From: a virus
Lineage: Duplodnaviria > Caudoviricetes
Strand: one strand, 5' to 3'
DNA length: 60,299 nt
Virus record (IMG/VR): IMGVR_UViG_3300022181_000098
Location: 1-60,299 of that record
The notes below the pieces were generated by a model. That model was given only the letters and a program-made list of their open reading frames with translations, had not been told where the DNA came from and made no database searches. Of the stretch, positions 1-7,189 are shown one piece after another. The position numbers and the translations under genes are program-made. Numbering within the stretch: the first letter of the stretch is position 1; each line of letters begins with the position of its first letter.

Positions 1-38
<38 letters not shown>

Positions 39-557
39 ACTTTCCCCAATCATTTCAAAGATAATGGTACTCAGGAATCTACAGATAATCGACAGATAGA
101 CGTCTTTCCCGTCCGGTGATATCTATAAAGGACGTGCGCGCGTAGCAAGGGTCGTGCCAGAACGGTGTCGAGATACGATAGAATAAATTCAGGACCAATA
201 TTATACCACACATTCCGCCAAGTATTACAAGATGTTAAGAAAGAAGACAGTACATTGACTTTTGTCGGGAGGTTTGATATCATCAAAAAGTGGACTTCGA
301 TGCGGAGGCTTGAAAGATGATCATTTAAAGCGCCGACGGGATGGCGCCACGACACAAGTAAAAAAAGAGGGTCAATGGATGGCCTGGTAACCGTACCCAT
401 TGACCCTTACCCGTATCAGGGTAGGAAATCTTTGTTTTTTTATTGTCACATTTCCTGCCAATTTTTGTCAATACAATTCGAGAACGAAAACCAGGAACAA
501 CGTTCAAAGGGCCGTCTGAGAACAGTTCGGACGTGATTTGAATAAGGAGATTCCACT

Positions 558-1325
558 ATGCAATTGGAACTAGCGCTTATCCCGCATAAGGTAGAAAACA
601 AACTCGTCAATCAGCGTGCTGCAGATGGATACATAAATGCCACGGCGATGTGCAATGCCGTCGGCAAAAAGTTCGCGGATTACTCTCGATTGACGACCAC
701 AAGAGCTTTTCTAGTAGAACTTTCGAGGTCTATGGGAATTCCCATAGACCTCTTGGTACACACAGTATCATCGGGCTCCAATGAAAGCAGGGGTACTTGG
801 GTACACCCGGACGTGGCAATCAATCTGGGGCAATGGTGTTCTCCGAAGTTTGCAGTGGCCGTTTCTAAATGGGTTAGGGAATGGCTCACCAACACTATAG
901 CACCGACCAGTCTTCCGCCTCATATTCAGCGTTACATGATCAACCGCGCCGAGATCCCGCCCACTCATTTTTCGATGCTGAACGAGCTCACCTTCGCCCT
1001 GGTCGCTCCACTGGAGGCCGAGGGCTATGTTCTGCCCGAAAAGATGGTGCCAGACATTTCGACCGGCCGGATGTTCTCAAAGTGGCTTCGGGAGGTGAAG
1101 GAGCTCGATACTGACACTCTTCCTAGTTATCAACACCGATTCGCGGATGGAAGGGTCGTACAAGCAAGGCTCTACCCAAATCAGCTACTCGCAGATTTCA
1201 GAAGGTATTTTCACCTCGAATGGCTACCATATCACGCGGGTGAATATTTCTCAAAAAGGGATCAGAAGGCGATGCAGCACTTGCCGAAACTGCTTCCGAA
1301 CCCAAAAAGGAAGTTGGGCAGATGA
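558..1325 (+). CDS. KilA-N (APSES-like) DNA-binding domain protein
   Basis: QR-DGYINATAMC...GTWVHPDVAINLGQWCSPKFAV is the KilA-N signature; AAGGAG RBS upstream. Confidence 0.9.
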   Translation: MQLELALIPHKVENKLVNQRAADGYINATAMCNAVGKKFADYSRLTTTRAFLVELSRSMGIPIDLLVHTVSSGSNESRGTWVHPDVAINLGQWCSPKFAVAVSKWVREWLTNTIAPTSLPPHIQRYMINRAEIPPTHFSMLNELTFALVAPLEAEGYVLPEKMVPDISTGRMFSKWLREVKELDTDTLPSYQHRFADGRVVQARLYPNQLLADFRRYFHLEWLPYHAGEYFSKRDQKAMQHLPKLLPNPKRKLGR

Positions 1326-1331
1326 TTTCGT

Positions 1332-1353
1332 GGGGGTTCCTTCGGGAGCCCCC
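1332..1353. terminator. Hairpin terminator between convergent kilA-N and membrane-protein genes
   Basis: gggggttcc-ttcg-ggagccccc stem with UUCG loop just after the kilA-N stop. Confidence 0.65.
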
Positions 1354-1422
1354 ATCTCCTTCCCTCTTTGTCAATTATCGGCCGAGCTCTTGCGAGCATA
1401 AGGGGTGAGCCAAGCGGTGATC

Positions 1423-2079
1423 CTATGGCACCCGCCGCCCCGCTCGTAGGATCAAGAGCACCAGCCCGGCAAAGCTCGCCGCCAACCCGGGTATTAGGAA
1501 CCATTTCCACAGAACACTGCCGCCGCTTTGGTGGTGGTTGCTCTTAACCAAGAGTGAGTCGTAAAAATCACCCTCGCCGGTCAGTAACCTCATGATTTTG
1601 TATGTGCAGGAATACTGATGCAGCTCATTCTTCATGTCACGGTACTCCACGAGAATCTCCACTTCGTCATATTTCTCGTAACCCAATATCCTTTCCCTAG
1701 TCTTTTCAGCCTGCTCGTAGAAGAGAAGCCACGTCAGTTCCTGTTTTGGAAGAAAGACAAATTTCCTGCCCTTTTGTGTATCCTCGAGGTTGGTGGGAAT
1801 TCTCACTCTGTTTTGAACAGAGAACCATTTCCATGACACCGTTGTCTCCGTGGCAGGATAGTTCCCTGAATTCACCAGAATCGCGGCGAAGGACACGACA
1901 TCGACCTTAGCTCCCCCGGAGGGCACCGGGGTCACCTTAGGCTCGATGCCCTTAACCCCACATATTGGTTGATTCAATCTTTTCGTAAGGTCGACCTGGT
2001 ACCAGAAGTAAACCAAGTTCAAAAAGAGCACGATCGCTATGATTACTTGAATCCAGTCGCCTGCAGCCAGCTTCGACAT
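1423..2079 (-). CDS. Membrane protein (N- and C-terminal TM helices) directly downstream of the CRISPR array
   Basis: 218 aa; hydrophobic WIQVIIAIVLFLNLVYFWY and WFLIPGLAASFAGLVLLIL segments flank a beta-rich domain; ATG lies 8 nt after the GGAGG end of the last repeat. Confidence 0.8.
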   Translation of the reverse strand: MSKLAAGDWIQVIIAIVLFLNLVYFWYQVDLTKRLNQPICGVKGIEPKVTPVPSGGAKVDVVSFAAILVNSGNYPATETTVSWKWFSVQNRVRIPTNLEDTQKGRKFVFLPKQELTWLLFYEQAEKTRERILGYEKYDEVEILVEYRDMKNELHQYSCTYKIMRLLTGEGDFYDSLLVKSNHHQSGGSVLWKWFLIPGLAASFAGLVLLILRAGRRVP

Positions 2080-2087
2080 AAATTATG

Positions 2088-2647
2088 CCTCCAACCTGCA
2101 CATGCGCGCGGATTGCAACTTACCCTCGAGTTCTTAAACACTATGGTGATGGCCTCCAACCTGCACATGCGCGCGGATTGCAACACCGTTACGAATGCGA
2201 CATGGCGCGGGTTGAGAACCTCCAACCTGCACATGCGCGCGGATTGCAACCGGGAGGATGAAAAAATTTGTATTTTTTTTCTTCCTCCAACCTGCACATG
2301 CGCGCGGATTGCAACGCCTCTCTCACGCACGTTCATTCCTTCCCGGGTCCTCCAACCTGCACATGCGCGCGGATTGCAACACGGCATCAATCCGTTCCTG
2401 TGTGAGGTTCCCTTCCTCCAACCTGCACATGCGCGCGGATTGCAACGTGGCGCCGCGGGTATCATGATCATAGACGGTCACCCTCCAACCTGCACATGCG
2501 CGCGGATTGCAACCCATGATGATCGCCCAGGTGGACCCGACGGTCGTCCTCCAACCTGCACATGCGCGCGGATTGCAACGAGCGTCGCATCGAAGGTCTG
2601 CGTCCTCATGCTCATCCTCCAACCTGCACATGCGCGCGGATTGCAAC
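2088..2647 (-). CRISPR. CRISPR array: 9 identical 32-nt repeats (GTTGCAATCCGCGCGCATGTGCAGGTTGGAGG on - strand), 8 unique spacers of 33-36 nt
   Basis: Repeats start at 2088, 2153, 2219, 2284, 2349, 2415, 2482, 2548 and 2616; spacer lengths 33,34,33,33,34,35,34,36. Confidence 0.98.
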
Positions 2648-2814
2648 TGTCACGGTACAAACGGCTTGTCAAAGAACCGCTTCCTCCGCAGTTTCCGCGA
2701 ACCTAATGAAAATCAAGGCCTCACGGCCGCTGGTTGAAGGAACATCGCTTCTAGAGTTGCTCCACGCTTACATCGCGAACCTCTAAGCAATTTCCTGTTA
2801 GCTTCAGGTTCGCG
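2648..2814 (-). promoter_or_regulatory. CRISPR leader with triplicated CGCGAACCT motif
   Basis: CGCGAACCT at 2696-2704 and 2774-2782, inverted copy AGGTTCGCG at 2806-2814; TCTTTGACAA (- strand, 2666-2675) near the first repeat. Confidence 0.7.
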
Positions 2815-2995
2815 TTTATGCAGATCGTGTCCCGGACATGGCGGGACAGCTGTTCCCTTGAGGGAACTTGCGGATCCTAACCACCTGTACTTCATAACAG
2901 GCGACTGGTCCGGTTGGCCTCGCGAGCAGGCCAGCGATCGTTCTGAAACCGCCTGGGGCGGTATCGAAACAAACGCCTATGCCATACGGCATCAT
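2811..2995 (-). ncRNA. Putative tracrRNA of the Cas12f system
   Basis: About six hairpins (2829-47, 2852-67, 2882-2903, 2915-33, 2945-65, 2979-92) and 3' anti-repeat GAUCUGCAUAAACGCG (2811-2826) pairing 14/16 (three G:U) with repeat CGCGCAUGUGCAGGUU. Confidence 0.75.
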
Positions 2996-2997
2996 CT

Positions 2998-4335
2998 TCA
3001 TTGTATCGATTGCTCGATTATCTTGTCAATCCCAATAACGGATAAATTGCGTGCAGCATTTTTGTCGGCATGGTCCTCATGCTCACACGCTACACATTTG
3101 AAGTATGACTGTCCTCTCTTTGCCTTTGGCCTGTTTTCCGAATCGATATGGCCACATTCGTTGCATCTCTGCGAGGTATACTTCGGGTCAACCAATTTCA
3201 GGTCGACCCCAAGCTGTCTAGCCTGCCACTTGATAGCGTCTATCAGCATGCCAGCCGCCCAATTGCGGGCAAGCCAGGGCTTTCCTTCTTTGAGGTCGAT
3301 AAGCGACAGATTTTCCAGCTGCCACGTCCCGGCTCCATTCCTTTTGGCTTGGTCAGCGATAATTGCCGCTAGTTTCTGGCTAGCCGTTTTCATTATCCTT
3401 TGTTCCTGTTTTCTCAGCAGGCGCAGCTTCTTCGTCGCCGCGTCCCGTGACGGCCCTTGCAGGGGTGTATCCTTACGTTTGAGAGCGCGCAAGAGACGCG
3501 TTATTTCCCTTCTCACGATGCCCCTCGCGTTAATCATCGCCTTACCATTCCCTATAAGCATTGCCCATTTCTGGGCATCGCCATTATTCCGGATATGGAT
3601 GGCCGCAGGCGTGGCAAGACCCAAGTCGATACCCATAACTGTTTCTGGAGAGAGTGGCTTATAAGGGTCCGGCTCGTAGTTTATGGATAAGTGCATCAGG
3701 TATTTCCGACCGGCGCTCTTTTTGCTCCGTACAAGTTGACCCATGCCGTGTTTCCATTCACCTTCGAGGATCCGATGCAGCTGCAAATAACCCGACTGAT
3801 CTCTTTTCTTGAGATGTATCTCGAAAGCAATCCATGAGGGCAACCCTTCGCTCTTTGCCCACGAGTCAGCAAATAGGCTGTATAAGATATAGAACTTATT
3901 CCCTTCATCGATATGGAGCCTTACGGCCTCATGGTGAAAACATATAGGATGAGTGCCGTCTGATTTATGCGTCGGCAATACTGTGTCACCTCGTCCCATT
4001 AAGCGCTTGCCATGGTCACCGGCAAAATGTGCTTTTGCTAGATTGAAGGCCTGGTTTAAGACCCTACCGTTCAAATGCGTCTCCAAATCAAGCTTCTGCA
4101 AAATGGGCACATAACCGGTATTGAACCCGAGATCACCTAGGTTCACTTTCAGAATCTTACTGGTATACAAGAGATTTGTGGTAAAATTACAGAGACGAGC
4201 GAAGTCTCTGAATGACTGGAGGATCTCTTCATAGACCTTCTTCCTTTGTTCATCTTCGAGGGGAATCAGGGTTTTGGACCGTATATCGTAGCCCATAACC
4301 TTACCAAGGCCAAATGTCACCGTCTTGCTTAGCAT
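2998..4335 (-). CDS. cas12f: Miniature type V CRISPR effector, Cas12f (Cas14/C2c10-like, TnpB family)
   Basis: RuvC-I MGIDLG, RuvC-II WQLENL, Zn finger CNECGH...CVACEH, RuvC-III HADKNAARNL; ~445 aa; adjacent tracrRNA and array; no transposase. Start ATG 4335 (TTG 4341 alternative). Confidence 0.9.
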   Translation of the reverse strand: MLSKTVTFGLGKVMGYDIRSKTLIPLEDEQRKKVYEEILQSFRDFARLCNFTTNLLYTSKILKVNLGDLGFNTGYVPILQKLDLETHLNGRVLNQAFNLAKAHFAGDHGKRLMGRGDTVLPTHKSDGTHPICFHHEAVRLHIDEGNKFYILYSLFADSWAKSEGLPSWIAFEIHLKKRDQSGYLQLHRILEGEWKHGMGQLVRSKKSAGRKYLMHLSINYEPDPYKPLSPETVMGIDLGLATPAAIHIRNNGDAQKWAMLIGNGKAMINARGIVRREITRLLRALKRKDTPLQGPSRDAATKKLRLLRKQEQRIMKTASQKLAAIIADQAKRNGAGTWQLENLSLIDLKEGKPWLARNWAAGMLIDAIKWQARQLGVDLKLVDPKYTSQRCNECGHIDSENRPKAKRGQSYFKCVACEHEDHADKNAARNLSVIGIDKIIEQSIQ

Positions 4336-4379
4336 TGTCAACGCCCCAATATTCTGACATTTAAGCGGATATCCCGAAT

Positions 4380-4408
4380 ATCCTATAATTGTGATATGTA
4401 GTTGTCAA
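4380..4408 (-). promoter_or_regulatory. sigma70 promoter for cas12f
   Basis: TTGACA-17 nt-TAGGAT on - strand. Confidence 0.7.
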
Positions 4409-4471
4409 TTAATTGTTTGCAAACGCTTTCTGTTCCTAAAAATTGGTACGTGGATAATTGGTGACGTCTCG

Positions 4472-4750
4472 CTACTGAATTCTCATCCCCTCGATGCTCT
4501 GTTCCAGGCTTTTTTCCCTGTCATCCTGGAGCGCCTTGTTCTTGAGCAGGTTTTTCGCGTTCTCCGCATCCAGGCAGTAATCGCCGCCCGTCTTCTGCCA
4601 CCTGACCTGGTAGTAATCCGGCTTCGGAGGGAGATCAGGGATTACCGGCCGTACGTACTCCGTCCGGACCAGCGCCTTGTTTCCACATCCCGTTAAGCTC
4701 GTCAAGGATAGCATCACCGCTACCGCCAGCAACAGCGTTGTCCGTTTCAT
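4472..4750 (-). CDS. Outer-membrane spanin (Rz1-like lipoprotein)
   Basis: Signal peptide with LTGC lipobox, Pro-rich segment, overlaps 3' end of the i-spanin. Confidence 0.8.
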   Translation of the reverse strand: MKRTTLLLAVAVMLSLTSLTGCGNKALVRTEYVRPVIPDLPPKPDYYQVRWQKTGGDYCLDAENAKNLLKNKALQDDREKSLEQSIEGMRIQ

Positions 4751-5033
4751 TTATTACCCCCGTAGGTGTCAGGCCGTCGATATACTTCAGCCTCTTGATC
4801 GTCTGGTCCTTCGTCTCTATCCGGGCCGTGCAGGACTTGTTAAGATTTTCGGCCTCTTTCTTTAACTCAGCGATCGTTGTTAAATTCGTCGTGTTCGCAT
4901 CCTTCGCCGCCTGCAGTTCCACTTTGACCGCCTTCACTTGTTGCCCCCGTGCCCACCATACACCGGCGCCGGCGAGTATCATACCGACGAGAAGGCCTAT
5001 GACGCCGCCCTTGAGATAGTCTAAGAAGTTCAT
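4635..5033 (-). CDS. Inner-membrane spanin (Rz-like)
   Basis: N-terminal TM helix then coiled coil; follows the endolysin. Confidence 0.8.
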   Translation of the reverse strand: MNFLDYLKGGVIGLLVGMILAGAGVWWARGQQVKAVKVELQAAKDANTTNLTTIAELKKEAENLNKSCTARIETKDQTIKRLKYIDGLTPTGVINETDNAVAGGSGDAILDELNGMWKQGAGPDGVRTAGNP

Positions 5034-5629
5034 TTGTACTTCTCCCCCTTTTCAAAAATGAGGTACGGATACTCGATGTTGACCTTGCAGAAGTCAAGGA
5101 TGGAGCCACATTTCAGCTTGATCTTCTTCCTCGCGCACTGCTTCTCGATAAGGGTGATGTCGCAGGATCCGGCCCGAATGATCTCCTTATTAAGATTCCC
5201 TTGGCCGCCGTTGTACGAGCGAAAAGCGAAGTACCACCCTTCACACTTCGCGGTATCGTAAAGGTACCGATCGTAGAGGATAAGAGCCCGTATGTTCCAC
5301 CGCGGGTCATAGGGATTCATGGGGAACTCCTGGAGCGCGTTTTCTCGCCCATGGATCCACTCAGCCGTGGACGGCATGAACTGTCCAAGGCCCGCGCCGC
5401 CGTCGAAGGCCGTCGCACCCTCCCTGCACCGACTCTCCTGTTCGATTTGCCCCATGAAATAGTGATAGGGCGCATCGGCCCCGATGAACACCCTCGCCTC
5501 TCTGACTACCTGCCTCTTGTACTTCAGGCAGCGGTTGACGGTCTGCCCATCACAGTCCGAGGGTAAGACTGACAATAACAGAACCGAGAAGCAAACCACG
5601 AAAAATGAGAACCGCAATCCTGCCAACAT
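5030..5629 (-). CDS. Endolysin, SLT lytic transglycosylase with N-terminal hydrophobic segment
   Basis: QIEQES, GLGQFMPST, SYNGG motifs; probable start MLAG at 5629 after a GGAGG RBS. Confidence 0.88.
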   Translation of the reverse strand: MLAGLRFSFFVVCFSVLLLSVLPSDCDGQTVNRCLKYKRQVVREARVFIGADAPYHYFMGQIEQESRCREGATAFDGGAGLGQFMPSTAEWIHGRENALQEFPMNPYDPRWNIRALILYDRYLYDTAKCEGWYFAFRSYNGGQGNLNKEIIRAGSCDITLIEKQCARKKIKLKCGSILDFCKVNIEYPYLIFEKGEKYK

Positions 5630-6035
5630 CGGTAATCCTCCCTTCCTTTTCTTGCCGGTCGAACGTCCGCTTGTACCCGACAACCCATATCAGTTCTGCG
5701 AGGATGTAGCCCACACACACGAGACAGCACTTGTAGAACATGGCTTCGACCATGTTGGGTTTGAGAATCTGCATGAGCGCAAAGACCCCGGCAAGAGGGA
5801 CTCCAAGCCTCAAAAGGTACTTAATGACCGTACTCCCTGACACCGGGGATACCTGGATGCTGCCGGTCTTGTCCTTGACATATTCGACCCCTTCTTTTGC
5901 CTTCTCAGCCGCCTGGCCCCGGAGTTTCAGATAGACCTTGTTGAACCACTCCGCGAGCTTGGGATTGCGGACCGCGAAGAGTATCCCGACCAAAAAGAAA
6001 ACGATTGCTACGAAGATGTGTGTGAACCAGAGCAT
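5550..6035 (-). CDS. Putative holin
   Basis: Several TM helices; directly upstream of the endolysin. Confidence 0.65.
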   Translation of the reverse strand: MLWFTHIFVAIVFFLVGILFAVRNPKLAEWFNKVYLKLRGQAAEKAKEGVEYVKDKTGSIQVSPVSGSTVIKYLLRLGVPLAGVFALMQILKPNMVEAMFYKCCLVCVGYILAELIWVVGYKRTFDRQEKEGRITDVGRIAVLIFRGLLLGSVIVSLTLGL

Positions 6036-6216
6036 ATTAGCCCTCCTTTCTTGTGTCGATGTGCTTCAACAGGCACTTGCCGACCGTCTTCAGGAACCCG
6101 CACAGCTGCACGTTGTAACCCCTGGCGATGATATATAGGAATTCCAGACGTTCCGGCAAATCGGCCTTCTCCCAATCCCTGATCAGATTCTTGGTTTTAA
6201 CCTTCGCCCCATCGCG

Positions 6217-6528
6217 TCACCCCCTTTTGGTCGCGTTCTGCAGCAATAGTTGGTCCAGTTTGCTGTCCAAACCCTTCACATCGCTCTTTACTTCGTTGAC
6301 CGAAGACTCCACCTTGCTGACGCTGTCTTTTAATGACTTTATGAGGTTGTTCTGATTCTCCTGGCACTTCTCGCAGACATCCTTGAAAACGACATGCCTC
6401 TTGAGCTCCTCGTGACTTTGCTCCACCTTGTCAAGACGGGATTTGAACCCCAGGGCAGCAAGGATCGCGCCGAAAAGACCGCTGCCGATCCCCACCCCTC
6501 CCGTTATCAACGTCCTTTCGTCGATCAT
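6217..6528 (-). CDS. Membrane-anchored coiled-coil protein (lysis region)
   Basis: One N-terminal TM plus coiled coil; GGAGG RBS. Confidence 0.65.
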   Translation of the reverse strand: MIDERTLITGGVGIGSGLFGAILAALGFKSRLDKVEQSHEELKRHVVFKDVCEKCQENQNNLIKSLKDSVSKVESSVNEVKSDVKGLDSKLDQLLLQNATKRG

Positions 6529-6539
6529 TTGCCACCCTC

Positions 6540-7061
6540 CTATCTTTTCCCGTTGAGGTTTGCCCTGAGGGCGGTCTGATTCGTTCCTCCGTTCCGCACC
6601 CTCAGCCTGGCGTAGTAGGCAACAACACCCTCAGAGATCTTCGCAGGGGTTCCCGCGCTGACGTTCACCGTCGCCGTATAGTCCACGTTCTGCTTGTCGT
6701 TGCTGAAATCAACATACCCGGTGCAGGCCTGCGAAGCCGCTATGGACCCCATGAGGTCGCTGAAGTGGCTTACGTCTTTGAAACTGCCGATGTACTCCTC
6801 GTTGAGGACGACAGCTGATCCAGGGGATTCAGCCGTAACCGTCTCCTCGACTACGATCTTGTTGGCGCTCACGGTTACCGCAGTAAAGGTCCGGTTGTTC
6901 CCGGCCTGAGCGGCTCCTGAGATCGTGAACTTCTCGCCGGCCTCGACCGTTCCGGTCCCTATCCCGGTTGCACCGATGGAGTTGTCTGCAGTGGCGAAGG
7001 TGACGGCACTGCTGGAGAAAGACTTAAGAAGGTGGCTGTAGCTCTGGACCACTTCGATCAT
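6540..7061 (-). CDS. Hypothetical beta-rich protein, possibly structural
   Basis: 173-aa ORF with RBS, rich in small residues. Confidence 0.6.
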   Translation of the reverse strand: MIEVVQSYSHLLKSFSSSAVTFATADNSIGATGIGTGTVEAGEKFTISGAAQAGNNRTFTAVTVSANKIVVEETVTAESPGSAVVLNEEYIGSFKDVSHFSDLMGSIAASQACTGYVDFSNDKQNVDYTATVNVSAGTPAKISEGVVAYYARLRVRNGGTNQTALRANLNGKR

Positions 7062-7157
7062 AGTTCCTTTACCTCCCTTCCGGGCCGGTAAAAGAAGCGA
7101 CCCGGTGAATGTCTATTCAACCGGGCCGAATGGTCCTCATCTTGAATGTCTACTTTG

Positions 7158-7185
7158 ATTATACCCCTCCGGGGCGCTGTGTCAA
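7158..7185 (-). promoter_or_regulatory. Consensus sigma70 promoter upstream of the lysis block
   Basis: TTGACA-16 nt-TATAAT on - strand, followed by a hairpin plus U-rich tract (~7090-7130). Confidence 0.7.
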
Positions 7186-7189
7186 GATA

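Noticed and set aside
71-507. ORFs 71..400 and 325..507
   Set aside because: No RBS or recognisable motif; AT-rich att-proximal sequence.
2088-2647. Array transcribed on the + strand as an orphan type I array (repeat ends ATTGCAAC)
   Set aside because: Leader position, cas12f orientation and the G:U pattern of the anti-repeat all favour the - strand.
1969-2786. Several ORFs with repeated peptides (LQPAHARGLQ, CNPRACAGWR)
   Set aside because: They are translations of the CRISPR repeats.
2998-4341. IS200/IS605 or IS607 TnpB transposon
   Set aside because: No transposase nearby; the gene is followed by an anti-repeat RNA, a leader and a multi-spacer array.
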